Source: a virus
Taxonomy: Duplodnaviria; Caudoviricetes
DNA: 58,510 nt
Direction: 5' to 3' (one strand)
IMG/VR virus record: IMGVR_UViG_3300049479_000276
Span: 1 to 58,510 of that record
Shown here: positions 9,561 to 19,228 of the stretch, piece after piece
Layout: each line of letters starts with the position of its first letter
Position numbering within the stretch: the first letter of the stretch is position 1
Position numbers and translations under genes: made by a program
The notes under the pieces: generated by a model
The model's database searches: none
What the model was told of the DNA's origin: nothing
Seen by the model: the letters and a program-made list of their open reading frames with translations, nothing else

Positions 9561-10219
9561 TGTCGGATCTTTCGCATGCGGTTAACTTAATCCGTAAATA
9601 CGAAGGGTATAGCGAAAGAGCATACCCAGATCCGGTAACAGGTGGAGATCCCTATACCATCGGGTTTGGAACTCAGTTCTATCCCGATGGTTCTCCCGTC
9701 AAGCGTGGCCAATGTTGCACGCGTGAGAAGGCACTGGAGTATCTCTTCCACGAGATCAATGTCATTGACAACCAGCTAGCCAAGCTCAACCTTGGCCTGG
9801 ACAACAGCATGCGCCAGGCCTTAATCTCATTCATCCATTCCGTTGGCTGGGATCCTTTTCTGTACAGCCACGTAATTGACCGCATCGAAGCTGAGGACTT
9901 CTGTGGTGCCACACAAGAGATAGGACACTGGATCTTTGATGAAGACCATAACGTCATCGGCGGCCTTCTGGACCGCCGCAGGGAAGAGATCAGCCTTTTC
10001 CTACAAGAGATTGATGCCAATCCTTGGTCGTCCACTGAAATTTTGTTGACTGCTTTCCGTAATTACAGCGCTGCTCCCCACGAAGTACGTGCGGTTCGTG
10101 AACTGGAAGAACGCATCAGTCCTTATATCCTGTCAGAGTTTGCCAACTCTTTTCGTGTTAACGAAAACAAGTGGGACGATTTCCTGGATCAGGAACTTGA
10201 CTTGCTATTCACTAGCTAG
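9560..10219 (+). CDS. GH24 phage lysozyme with C-terminal helical module
   Basis: LIRKYEGYSERAYPDPVTGGDPYTIGFG...GLLDRRREE. Confidence 0.85.
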   Translation: MSDLSHAVNLIRKYEGYSERAYPDPVTGGDPYTIGFGTQFYPDGSPVKRGQCCTREKALEYLFHEINVIDNQLAKLNLGLDNSMRQALISFIHSVGWDPFLYSHVIDRIEAEDFCGATQEIGHWIFDEDHNVIGGLLDRRREEISLFLQEIDANPWSSTEILLTAFRNYSAAPHEVRAVRELEERISPYILSEFANSFRVNENKWDDFLDQELDLLFTS

Positions 10220-10243
10220 GATTAGAATAATTGCAACGAGCAA

Positions 10244-10549
10244 ATGCAGAGCGGAATGGAGCGTTCAGTTGAGCCACGGGAATTTGAACTCCCCCTGGAA
10301 CTCCAGTTTTCCATGCGTAAAGCAGAGCTTCAATCTCAAGAGATGACTTGGGATGAACTGCGCTACGCTCTGCTTAGTCTTTATCACCAACGCATGATGG
10401 AATGGCACGCCATCAAAGACATCATGGCGTCTGAAAACATTGAGATCGACTGGGATCATCCCACTGATCTGGAATTAGCCGAACTCGCCGCCGCCTGTAT
10501 GGATGACGACGAGTACGACGATGATGAAGACGAGCTTCAGCCCTTCTGA
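10244..10549 (+). CDS. nblA: NblA-like phycobilisome degradation protein with acidic tail
   Basis: ELPLELQFSMRKAELQSQEMTWDELRYALLSLYHQRMM fits the NblA LxLEQQF..QxMs.e....L..Ly.Q.M pattern. Confidence 0.7.
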   Translation: MQSGMERSVEPREFELPLELQFSMRKAELQSQEMTWDELRYALLSLYHQRMMEWHAIKDIMASENIEIDWDHPTDLELAELAAACMDDDEYDDDEDELQPF

Positions 10550-10824
10550 GCCTCATCAAGTTGAATAAGGCGCTCCAGATACCAGAGTGCTTTCTTCAAG
10601 GACTCTGTACCGCCTTTATGGCGCTCCCGCCAGTTATATTTCATCACGTTACCCTTGCAGTAACCACGGAATTCTTCCAAGGTTAATCCGGCTTCAATAG
10701 CCTCAATACACTCAATTCCACCATCCGTGTAATGCGGAGGATGGTTTACCACATCTGGGAGGACGACAGGAGCCTCTTCCTTGACTGCCCAGGGTACCGG
10801 GCAAACACCATCCTTACATTCCAT
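10537..10824 (-). CDS. DUF3310 (SaV-like) protein; start uncertain
   Basis: DVVNHPPHYTDGGIECIEAI...YCKGNVMKYNWRERHKGGTESLKKALWYL. Confidence 0.85.
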   Translation of the reverse strand: MECKDGVCPVPWAVKEEAPVVLPDVVNHPPHYTDGGIECIEAIEAGLTLEEFRGYCKGNVMKYNWRERHKGGTESLKKALWYLERLIQLDEAQKG

Positions 10825-10853
10825 GGGCTGGGCTTCTGGTACAGAATCGGCTT

Positions 10854-11198
10854 TTATCGGATCAAACCACGACGTTTTGCCGACAGCAGTTGTTCCTCCT
10901 CGTCCGGTTCCTCCAGCTCCAGCACCAGAGCCTTGGGTTTCGGAGAGGCTCCCATTGTCAATCCCTGCTCCATCGAGGGGATATAACCCGTCATTCCAGG
11001 ACGTGCCCCCTCGAGATTCAACGGATTCCTTTCGAGACCCTGTTCGCATGCAACTAAACCGCGATTGTACATATCGTACAGCGGAACATCGTTCTCTGTG
11101 TTGTCTAGAGGTGCGCCAAATGTTTCTTCATCAAGACAACGACACTTGACTTCATCCTGCACAAATGCGTCAAGGAAGCTTGCGGCGGAATGCATCAC
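10854..11198 (-). CDS. Hypothetical protein
   Basis: Acidic 114-aa ORF. Confidence 0.5.
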   Translation of the reverse strand: MMHSAASFLDAFVQDEVKCRCLDEETFGAPLDNTENDVPLYDMYNRGLVACEQGLERNPLNLEGARPGMTGYIPSMEQGLTMGASPKPKALVLELEEPDEEEQLLSAKRRGLIR

Positions 11199-11233
11199 GG
11201 AATTAATTGATTCACTGCTTCTACAATGTTAAT

Positions 11234-11560
11234 ATGGCCAACAGATTTAGACCTACATACGACCCAGGGATCAACTCCGGTACCTCTGGAGCTGAAGTCT
11301 CAGACTTGCGTCCTGAACAGGCCTATGACACGGACTTGCGTCGAGTAGATGCAGGCGATAGGCGTTCAGCAGCATCTGTCAACAGCAATCAAAATCGAGT
11401 CGCCAAATTCATGCGGGCTGCCCGTAGTGCTGGCGAATACCAGAAACGTGCTTTAGTTCGCGAACCAACGAGCGCAACCGCAGGAGACTCAGGTGGGCGT
11501 GCCGGTTCCGTTGGCTACGCCCGTAAACCTAAAGAACAATTTGGCAAGGCCTTTGGTTAA
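11234..11560 (+). CDS. Hypothetical protein
   Basis: ATG downstream of TACAAT at 11222. Confidence 0.55.
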   Translation: MANRFRPTYDPGINSGTSGAEVSDLRPEQAYDTDLRRVDAGDRRSAASVNSNQNRVAKFMRAARSAGEYQKRALVREPTSATAGDSGGRAGSVGYARKPKEQFGKAFG

Positions 11561-12144
11561 ACCTGAGAAAAGACCACGTTGTTAGGCTGGTCTTGATACT
11601 TGCCTTTCCGGTCTTGGTACGTGGTATGGCAGGGGTTGCCACGGTAGAACAATAATTGCGTGATCCCTTCATTCGCATAGATGCGGTTGAAAAGTCCAGT
11701 GCAGTTACTGATCTCCAACGTCAGGTAACCCTCCCATCCACTTTCAGCAGGCGTAATGTTGACCAGGATTCCTGAACGTGCGTAGGTTGATTTACCTACA
11801 GCAACAACAGTGACATCCCTGGGAAGCTTTAGACGTTCTTGCGCAACACCAAGACAGTATCCGTACGGAGGAAGCAAGAAGTATTGGCCGCGTTCATCCT
11901 CCAGTAGATCAGCAGGCTTGAGGATATCAGGATCAAAGTCTTTTGGATCGCAATCGCCGGCTTGTACCTTACCAAAAATCAAGCACTGCTTGGGAGACAG
12001 CCGAATGTCATAGCCGTATGAGCTGAGACCATAGCTCAGGAGCTTGCGGCCATCTTCTTTGCTGACCAGGTGATCAACAAAAGGAGCGATCATCTCCTCT
12101 TCTTCAGCAAGTTTTTTGATTTCCCAATCGGCCAGGACGCTCAT
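11557..12144 (-). CDS. dcd: dCTP deaminase
   Basis: LSYGLSSYGYDIRL, GKSTYARSG, TPAESGWEGYLTLEISN, YQDRKGKYQDQ. Confidence 0.95.
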   Translation of the reverse strand: MSVLADWEIKKLAEEEEMIAPFVDHLVSKEDGRKLLSYGLSSYGYDIRLSPKQCLIFGKVQAGDCDPKDFDPDILKPADLLEDERGQYFLLPPYGYCLGVAQERLKLPRDVTVVAVGKSTYARSGILVNITPAESGWEGYLTLEISNCTGLFNRIYANEGITQLLFYRGNPCHTTYQDRKGKYQDQPNNVVFSQV

Positions 12145-12177
12145 AAATCCCTGTAATCGTCCTTCAGTATACAGAGA

Positions 12178-12774
12178 TCAGATAAGAATATGCCCACGTT
12201 CTTCATAGATGTTTTTGAAGCGCTGGGTAGCATCATCCGTTAAATCAGTGGGAGGCAGATAGACAACAAATGAAGTGCACGTCTGGCGACGCGAAAATTT
12301 CTTTCCGTCGTACTCCTGCAGCACTGGTCGTGTACGCAAGATGCACATCGGAAAACTAAAGATTTTAGGCTCGTAACGAATCATGTCAGGACAGTTGCTG
12401 AAATACAGGCCCTGCTCTATCTCACCTGAAATCCATGCATGGTACATACGCCGAAACCACACGGCATGGGAAGATGTCAATGACACCGCAGAAGCCCTTG
12501 TTTTTTTCCAGCGTCCATTCTTTTTATCCCAAAAGTACATGCCCGCAGGGGGAAACAAATAAGCCTTGCCGTACCACTGTTGTGCATTCAACCCATCATC
12601 CGTTGGTGTGTAAAAGTTTTCAGCTCCTACATACTCATTGGCAACCTTGGAGCTGGCAACATCCAACGTGATGCCACCCATCAACTCATTTGCAGCAATG
12701 ATCAGGTCTGAGCTTGTGATCAGCTCAATGCCCTCTCGGCGGTTGGATGTACGTTGAAGCCCTTCGTTGCTCAT
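12178..12774 (-). CDS. Phage N6-adenine DNA methyltransferase-like protein with altered catalytic motif
   Basis: ITLDVASS..ANEYVGAENFYTPTDDGLNAQQWYGKAYLFPPAG (FPPA in place of NPPY). Confidence 0.65.
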   Translation of the reverse strand: MSNEGLQRTSNRREGIELITSSDLIIAANELMGGITLDVASSKVANEYVGAENFYTPTDDGLNAQQWYGKAYLFPPAGMYFWDKKNGRWKKTRASAVSLTSSHAVWFRRMYHAWISGEIEQGLYFSNCPDMIRYEPKIFSFPMCILRTRPVLQEYDGKKFSRRQTCTSFVVYLPPTDLTDDATQRFKNIYEERGHILI

Positions 12775-13154
12775 TGATCAGATACTTTGTTGTAATCGAT
12801 TTCAAGAAAACGGATACCACCCGCATCGTTAATGAGATACCCAGCTTTTTCTGTTGGATCAATCTTTTGTGCTGCCGACAAGATGCGTCGGAACGTCTCA
12901 GCCAGATCACCGTTATTGTCACGCTCTTCCTGTTCTTGAGCAGCGTGAAGCTCTTTGAGTGTCAAATAGAACATTGTACGATCTGAGTCTGGCTGAAAGC
13001 ACATGACTCCCGGACCTTCTGACTCCCAGAACTTTACGTACAATCCGCCCATATCCCCGAGAATCAACTTCATCGTGGCATCGAGCATCTTTGCTTTTGT
13101 TTCGTCCAGCTCTGGCCCGATCACAGAAGCGATTAATTTTTCACGTCGGTTCAT
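12771..13154 (-). CDS. Hypothetical protein
   Basis: ATGA-coupled to neighbours. Confidence 0.6.
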   Translation of the reverse strand: MNRREKLIASVIGPELDETKAKMLDATMKLILGDMGGLYVKFWESEGPGVMCFQPDSDRTMFYLTLKELHAAQEQEERDNNGDLAETFRRILSAAQKIDPTEKAGYLINDAGGIRFLEIDYNKVSDQ

Positions 13155-13609
13155 TTCTCGAGTAACCCTTGTCGATTCAGTGATTCTAAGAGCTTTGGCG
13201 TCGGCTGGTACATCACCACCAACTTGCCAAGAACGCCGCGTTTTTTGACGAGCTTGCCAAAGTCATCCCTTACCTTATCAAATTCTCCGGAACGGATCAA
13301 ATACTCTGCGACGCAACGCAACCTCCGCTTAAGAGGCAATTCTGCTTGTGGGAATTTACCGCAGATAGTATCTGCTTGCAAATCACAGAAAGCAAGACGC
13401 AATCGATTGGCAAGTGTCATGCCAGAATTGGCGTCCTCTTCTTCATAATTTTTTAAGTTTTCCAAGTACCGACGCAAACATCCATCATCAAACGAGCCAC
13501 TGGGAGGCAAGAACATCTCCACCTGTCTCACCAAGGATTCAGGCAGCAGCTCCTCATGATTCTCAAGAGTCACTGCATCAATATCAATATCTTTAAAACG
13601 GTGCGCCAT
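13151..13609 (-). CDS. Hypothetical protein
   Basis: Coupled ORF in a - strand operon. Confidence 0.6.
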   Translation of the reverse strand: MAHRFKDIDIDAVTLENHEELLPESLVRQVEMFLPPSGSFDDGCLRRYLENLKNYEEEDANSGMTLANRLRLAFCDLQADTICGKFPQAELPLKRRLRCVAEYLIRSGEFDKVRDDFGKLVKKRGVLGKLVVMYQPTPKLLESLNRQGLLEK

Positions 13610-14030
13610 TCTCGGCCGGCTCCCATGTCTTTTGGTACATTGGCTTACGATCTTGGCGCTGAGGGTTCAGATCAACCGTCAGGACTTCAGGATTTTTGGC
13701 AAAAGATTGGATCAATTGGTTCCAGGGAATCCGCAAGACCGCTTTCTTTTTGGGATCTGGAGAAACATTGACATAATGAATGCCTTCCACCCAGCCCTTG
13801 CTAGGTTGTTTCCGACCAATTGACATCCAATTTCGGATAGTCTGATCAGAGACACCAAGACGTTTACCGCATTCCTCTGTCGAGATGTACTCATCGGCAA
13901 AAGCTTGGGGGCTCAAGACGTCTGTCTCTCCATTTGAATAGCGAGAGTGCCACATAGAGCCAAGGATATTCTTAATTCCTTTCAGTTCGTAAGCAATGTC
14001 TTCCAAACTTTTACGAAGTCCGTACTGCAT
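13593..14030 (-). CDS. HTH DNA-binding protein (excisionase-like)
   Basis: EYISTEECGKRLGVSDQTIRNW...WVEGIHY. Confidence 0.7.
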   Translation of the reverse strand: MQYGLRKSLEDIAYELKGIKNILGSMWHSRYSNGETDVLSPQAFADEYISTEECGKRLGVSDQTIRNWMSIGRKQPSKGWVEGIHYVNVSPDPKKKAVLRIPWNQLIQSFAKNPEVLTVDLNPQRQDRKPMYQKTWEPAENGAPF

Positions 14031-14082
14031 ACCTTCACACGCTTTGTTTAGATGCTAATCTGTGAGAAAACAATTTGCGACC

Positions 14083-14388
14083 ATGGAAGAACAAATTCCA
14101 GTCAGTCAACCTCCGATGTCAATGCCTCCACAATTGGAGAATCAAATCACGCCTGAGCAGTTGGCTGAAATGAAGGCTCGTGCCAGGGAGCTTGCAATTC
14201 AGCAAACCATTGCTCAGCAGGCTGCAATGCAACAGCAACAACCAAGAGTGATTTACTTACGTCGCAATTTGACTGTCGCTGAAGTTCTGTTGGTGCTTCT
14301 GCTCTCTTGCGGAATTGTAACAGGAATTCAGTGGTCTTGGAACGCATTATCCAATGTTTTGCCCCGTGTTGAGATTAAGGTGCGCTAA
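14083..14388 (+). CDS. Small membrane protein
   Basis: Gln-rich N-terminus and one TM helix (VLLVLLLSCGIVTGI). Confidence 0.6.
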   Translation: MEEQIPVSQPPMSMPPQLENQITPEQLAEMKARARELAIQQTIAQQAAMQQQQPRVIYLRRNLTVAEVLLVLLLSCGIVTGIQWSWNALSNVLPRVEIKVR

Positions 14389-14434
14389 ATAAGCCGCTCT
14401 ATAATTAGAACAAAGGCTTGCGCAGTAAAAGTAG

Positions 14435-16228
14435 GTGGCCAATCGTAGAATCAGCGAATTCCCTGCCATAAGCGGGGGTGATATTGACGAGCAGGATCTA
14501 CTTACCCTGGTCCACGTTTTTGAGGTGGATCCAACGCTGCGCAACAAAAAAATTACATTTACGCAGTTTCGTTCATACTTAGATCAGTACTACGCAAGTG
14601 TCACTGGTGAAACCATCACTGGCAACGTAATTATTGATGGCAATCTATCGGTATCGGGCTCCAGTTCTTTCAACACAATCACTGCGTCTGGAGCCAGTAC
14701 CTTTAGTGGAGTTGTTGTTCAGTACGATGCAACGGTCAGTGGAACCATTAGTGGTACCACTGTTACCGGTACGTATTTACAAGGCACAAACGTAAATGCA
14801 GTAACCGCAACAACCACGACATCCACTGGTACCTCCGCTTTATTTACCAGTGGTGTATATCAAGCATTAAGCGGTGCCACAATTACAGGCAATACCGTCT
14901 CGGCAACCAGTGGTACGTTCAACGCACTTAGCGGTACGACAATCACAGGTACAACAGTTGCCGCAACAACAGGAACCTTCCAGGCCCTTGGCACACCAAT
15001 CCTTAATGTCAGCGGAAATCTTTCCGTTGCAAGTGGACTGACCGTTACTGGTGCAGCTCAATTTTCCAACGGTGTTCAAGTCACTGGGACACTCTCTGGG
15101 ACTACCGTTACAGGCGCTACAGCTCAATTTACAACCGTAACAGGTGTATCTGGAGTCTATACAACCCAGCTTTCTGGCGCAACCATTACCGGGAACACTG
15201 GTCTTTTTTCAAACATAACTGGAGTTTCGGGTACTTTTACAACCAGGGTCTCTGGTGCAACCGTCACAGGTAATACGGGAGCTTTTGGTAGTGTCAGTGG
15301 TATTTCAGGTGTCTTTACGCAGGTTTTATCGGGTGCGTTAATTACAGGAGACACTGGTAGTTACACGGCAATCACCGGTGGCTCCGGTACATTTACTAAT
15401 CTTTCTGGTGCAACGGTCACTGGAAACACTGTTAACGCAACATTTGTTTCCGGGGTATCTGGTGTTTTTAGTAGTCGCGTTTCAGGTCTGACAATTACAG
15501 GCACATCGGGACTGTTCAGCATTGTCAATGGAGTAAGCGGTACATTTACAACTTCTTTAAGTGGAGCCACAGTAACAGGCACGACGGCAGCTTTTACTTC
15601 AATTACTGGTGTTACCGGCGTATTTACGACTTCTTTGTCCGGAGCTTCAATTACGGGTAATGCAGGCAGTTTTACAAACTTAACCGGCATTGCGGGCGTA
15701 TTCACAACAAGTATTTCTGGCGCAACAATCACTGGCAATACGATCCAGGGGACGTCAGGTGTTTATACAGCGCTTAGTGGTTCTACTTATACGGGTACGA
15801 CAATTAACGCAACGACAGGCGTTTTCCAAACCCTTGCTGCCGCCAACCTTGCCTTTACAAATACTGTTGTTTCTGGCAACTTTAGCGTCCTTGGCTCCAG
15901 TACGTTTACCTCAGGTGTTCAAGTCACTGGCACATTAAGTGGCACAACAATTACAGGAACAACTGTCCAAGCGACAACCGGAACATTTGTTTCTTTAACT
16001 GGAACAACGACGACAGGTGTTTCAGCCACCTTTACCTCCGGTGTTTTTACAACACGTGTTTCAGGGGCTTTAGTCACAGGTGATACCGGTACATTCACAT
16101 CGATTACTGGCAGTACACTTGCGGTCACAACTCCTTCTGGCGCAACACCTGCCATTGTGTGTTCTGGTGTTGTTTCTGGCGGCACAAGCGGATTTATTAT
16201 CCAAGGCCCACTGGTAATCTTGCCTTAA
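14435..16228 (+). CDS. Thr/Gly-rich repetitive fibre protein
   Basis: N-terminal RRISEFPA...DLL..V motif typical of phage fibres; many SGATITG/SGxFT repeats. Confidence 0.75.
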   Translation: MANRRISEFPAISGGDIDEQDLLTLVHVFEVDPTLRNKKITFTQFRSYLDQYYASVTGETITGNVIIDGNLSVSGSSSFNTITASGASTFSGVVVQYDATVSGTISGTTVTGTYLQGTNVNAVTATTTTSTGTSALFTSGVYQALSGATITGNTVSATSGTFNALSGTTITGTTVAATTGTFQALGTPILNVSGNLSVASGLTVTGAAQFSNGVQVTGTLSGTTVTGATAQFTTVTGVSGVYTTQLSGATITGNTGLFSNITGVSGTFTTRVSGATVTGNTGAFGSVSGISGVFTQVLSGALITGDTGSYTAITGGSGTFTNLSGATVTGNTVNATFVSGVSGVFSSRVSGLTITGTSGLFSIVNGVSGTFTTSLSGATVTGTTAAFTSITGVTGVFTTSLSGASITGNAGSFTNLTGIAGVFTTSISGATITGNTIQGTSGVYTALSGSTYTGTTINATTGVFQTLAAANLAFTNTVVSGNFSVLGSSTFTSGVQVTGTLSGTTITGTTVQATTGTFVSLTGTTTTGVSATFTSGVFTTRVSGALVTGDTGTFTSITGSTLAVTTPSGATPAIVCSGVVSGGTSGFIIQGPLVILP

Positions 16229-16264
16229 TTTTTTCAGTTAAAATAGACAAAAAGAGACAACAAA

Positions 16265-17917
16265 ATGGCGTACGGCACTATCAAGATTGATACAATCACC
16301 TTTACCGATGGTGGTATTGATAAGAGCGTTTCGATTTCTGGTTTAGTTCAGAATCCTACATTTACAGGAAACATTACTGTCACTGGTACAGTTTCTGGTA
16401 ATACTGTACGAGGTCAAACAATTTCAGGCGTCACAATCACTGGCACGACGGCTCAATTCACCAGTGGAACGTTTGTCTCGTTAACGGGCACTACCCTTCA
16501 GGGAACAACTGCAACTTATACGACTGGTAGTTTTACTTCGTTAACTGGAACAACGACATCTGGTACGACTGCTAACTTTGTATCTGGTGTTTTCAGTACA
16601 CAAATCTCAGGTGTTACTGTCACCGGCACAACTGCGAATTTTACTAGCGGTAACTTTACCAATATCAGTGGCGGTACTCACACCATTACATCGGGTGTAT
16701 TTGCGGCGGGCACTGCTGCAAACCCATCAATCAGTTTTACATCAGACCCCAACACCGGCATTTACTCCCCCGGCGCAGATCAAGTAGCCATCTCGACTAA
16801 TGGCACTGGCCGGTTGTTTGTTGGTTCTACAGGTAACGTTGGCGTTGGCACCGCTTCTCCTGGTGGAAAGCTAGTTATTTCAGATGGATCGACAACATTC
16901 CAATTTGATCCAGTTGGTGGCACCGGAAATATCCTTCGTTCATTGACTAGCGGTGGCTCGCGGGATGCTTTGTTATTTGATGCTTCTCAATATGTTTACT
17001 CTAATGGTGCTACTGAGTACGCCCGCATCGACAGTTCGGGACGCCTTTTAGTTGGCACGTCTACTGCGCGTAGCAATTTCTTTAACACAACACTTACCGC
17101 CGGGCTACAGGTAGAAGGCACAGGTGGCAGTACAGCGCGAGGCGCTCTCAGTATTGTAAATAATGATTCATCTGATAATCCGACGTTACTGATTCTTGGC
17201 CGCTCAGGTGCTGCAACTCTTGGTTCTAATTCCGTTTTATCTAACAACAGTTGGATCGGCACACTCAGCTTCCAGGGAGCTGATGGAACTGAATTAGTTG
17301 AAGCCGCAAACATCACCGCCTATGTAGACGGCACCCCCGGCGCTAACGACATGCCGGGCAGGTTAGTGTTCTCCACTACCGCCGACGGAGCGAGCACCCC
17401 GACGGAGCGGATGAGGATTGGAAGTAGTGGTCAGATTGATATTGGCAATACAACGAACGGGGCATATACGGTTACTCGCAATACAGGAGTTACTGCATAC
17501 TTTGATAGGCGAGGCTCTGACGGAACAACAATTCAGTTTGAACGGGATGGTTCAGGTGTTGGCACAATCTCTGTAACTACGACAGCTACTGCTTATAACA
17601 CATCCTCCGACTATCGCCTTAAGGAAAGCGTCGTCCCGCTGACCGGCGCCATTGATCGCGTTAACCAACTTCAGGTTCATCGCTTCAACTTCATCGCAGA
17701 CCCTGACAAAACCGTTGATGGTTTTATTGCTCACGAAGCACAAGCTGTCGTTCCTGAGTGCGTCACTGGCACCAAGGATGAAGTAGATGCTGAGGGTAAT
17801 CCTGTCTACCAGGGCATCGACCAATCCAAGCTGGTGCCGCTGCTGACCGCTGCGCTGCAGGAAGCACTGCAGAAGATCGAAGATCTGGAAGGTCGCTTAA
17901 CTGCGGCAGGGCTCTAA
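16265..17917 (+). CDS. Tail fibre with C-terminal peptidase S74 intramolecular chaperone
   Basis: YNTSSDYRLKE...GFIAHEAQAVVPECVTG...YQGIDQSKLVPLLTAALQE. Confidence 0.9.
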   Translation: MAYGTIKIDTITFTDGGIDKSVSISGLVQNPTFTGNITVTGTVSGNTVRGQTISGVTITGTTAQFTSGTFVSLTGTTLQGTTATYTTGSFTSLTGTTTSGTTANFVSGVFSTQISGVTVTGTTANFTSGNFTNISGGTHTITSGVFAAGTAANPSISFTSDPNTGIYSPGADQVAISTNGTGRLFVGSTGNVGVGTASPGGKLVISDGSTTFQFDPVGGTGNILRSLTSGGSRDALLFDASQYVYSNGATEYARIDSSGRLLVGTSTARSNFFNTTLTAGLQVEGTGGSTARGALSIVNNDSSDNPTLLILGRSGAATLGSNSVLSNNSWIGTLSFQGADGTELVEAANITAYVDGTPGANDMPGRLVFSTTADGASTPTERMRIGSSGQIDIGNTTNGAYTVTRNTGVTAYFDRRGSDGTTIQFERDGSGVGTISVTTTATAYNTSSDYRLKESVVPLTGAIDRVNQLQVHRFNFIADPDKTVDGFIAHEAQAVVPECVTGTKDEVDAEGNPVYQGIDQSKLVPLLTAALQEALQKIEDLEGRLTAAGL

Positions 17918-17950
17918 GACCTACTCTCTACTCACCTACCCGATACCACC

Positions 17951-18199
17951 ATGACTGATCGACCCTACAAACTCAAAGGTTTCACTCACCACACGCCTTG
18001 GGTTGAAGACGGCAAAGTCTTCCTCTGCAACGACGAAGATGGTGAGTATCTCGAAGAGTTCAGCACTCGGGAAGAGCTTGAAGCCTTTATTGAGAAGCTG
18101 CGGTCCAAAGCTGATGAAGCCTGGGATGAATACTGCGAAGCCAGCCTTGACTTGAGCGATCAGGAGGATGTTGGCGAAGAGCAAGACGAAGCCCAGTAG
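17951..18199 (+). CDS. Acidic hypothetical protein
   Basis: 82-aa ORF. Confidence 0.5.
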   Translation: MTDRPYKLKGFTHHTPWVEDGKVFLCNDEDGEYLEEFSTREELEAFIEKLRSKADEAWDEYCEASLDLSDQEDVGEEQDEAQ

Positions 18200-18248
18200 T
18201 CACCTTCACTGATCACCCCTGGTAAAATAAAAGAAAATATCATTAACT

Positions 18249-18572
18249 ATGGCTAACACTGTTTGGGATATTGCTAACCTTGAACGTCATCTTCCTGATG
18301 GTGACACCTGTCCTGATGGTGCTGTATACACTGTCCATTGGACTGCATCCTTGGAAGAAGATGGTGAAACTGCCGGTTGCTACGGCAGCATTGGTCTTGG
18401 TGAGCCCAACCCCGATAATTTCACTCCTTTCAGTGAACTAACCAAAGAAGAAGTGGTGAACTGGACGCTGGCAGCACTTGGCGTGGATCAAGTTGTTTCC
18501 ATCGAAGAAGCATTGCATAATCAAATCCAAGCCAAACTTCATCCAACTTCTGAAGCTGGCGTCCCCTGGTGA
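18249..18572 (+). CDS. Tail-fibre-associated protein
   Basis: WDIANLER...VYTVHW...FTPFSELTKEEVVNW...GVPW, a common fibre-adjacent family. Confidence 0.7.
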   Translation: MANTVWDIANLERHLPDGDTCPDGAVYTVHWTASLEEDGETAGCYGSIGLGEPNPDNFTPFSELTKEEVVNWTLAALGVDQVVSIEEALHNQIQAKLHPTSEAGVPW

Positions 18573-18606
18573 TTTTTGTTATACTTTTTGAAGTTATTGC
18601 TTCGTT

Positions 18607-18792
18607 ATGGCTTGCACTAAAGCTGAGCTAATCTCCGCTATCAATTCTTTTGGCGCTGCACGTGCTACTGGCGATGGCAACCTTGTTGCTTTCGCTGGTA
18701 ACCTCATCGGCCAACTGATCGAAACTCTTGAGTTTGCTCCAGAGAATCAAGAAGAGGAAGCTGTTGTTGCAGAAACTGAAGTTGTGGAATAA
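18607..18792 (+). CDS. Hypothetical protein
   Basis: TATACT upstream; biased codons. Confidence 0.55.
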   Translation: MACTKAELISAINSFGAARATGDGNLVAFAGNLIGQLIETLEFAPENQEEEAVVAETEVVE

Positions 18793-18795
18793 TCC

Positions 18796-19179
18796 ATGGC
18801 GATAACAAAGTGGGGGATTAAAAATCTAGAGAGAAAGCTTCCTGATAGCTTGTCTTATCCTGGTGGAGAAGTCACAGCTATTCATTGGGTTGCTTACCAA
18901 ACAGAAGGTAAGCACACCGTTAGTGAATCAGGAATCGTAGAGCTTTCCCCTGCCAAACCAGATTCCTGGCTACCTTATCAATATATTGACAAGGAAACAG
19001 CTAGGGGCTGGTGCCAAGATGCCCTGGGTACGGATGTTGTTAAGCACATCGAAGCTGAATTAACAGCTCAAATGCAAGAGCTTTTGTATCCGACGCGCGA
19101 ACTTGGTCTCCCCTGGAAAGTGCCCGACCCTCTTCCCCCACTCCCCTATAGCATTGGCTACGTAACGCCAAAGAATTAA
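18796..19179 (+). CDS. Paralog of 18249..18572
   Basis: WGIKNLER...VTAIHW...WLPYQYIDKETARGW...GLPW. Confidence 0.7.
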   Translation: MAITKWGIKNLERKLPDSLSYPGGEVTAIHWVAYQTEGKHTVSESGIVELSPAKPDSWLPYQYIDKETARGWCQDALGTDVVKHIEAELTAQMQELLYPTRELGLPWKVPDPLPPLPYSIGYVTPKN

Positions 19180-19228
19180 ATTGACATGACCTAGAGTTAG
19201 TACAACGCTCTAGGTCGATATGTCAATT
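19179..19228 (+). promoter_or_regulatory. 18-bp bulged hairpin burying the endolysin ATG
   Basis: aattgacat-gacctagag ... ctctaggtc-(gat)-ATGtcaatt. Confidence 0.7.

Noticed and set aside
14867-16185. Antisense ORFs over the fibre gene, and many other opposite-strand ORFs in the track
   Set aside because: Shadows of repetitive or biased codons in well-supported genes
19181-19186. TTGACA as a -35 box
   Set aside because: No -10 at 16-18 nt spacing; better explained as the arm complementary to ATGTCAA of the endolysin start
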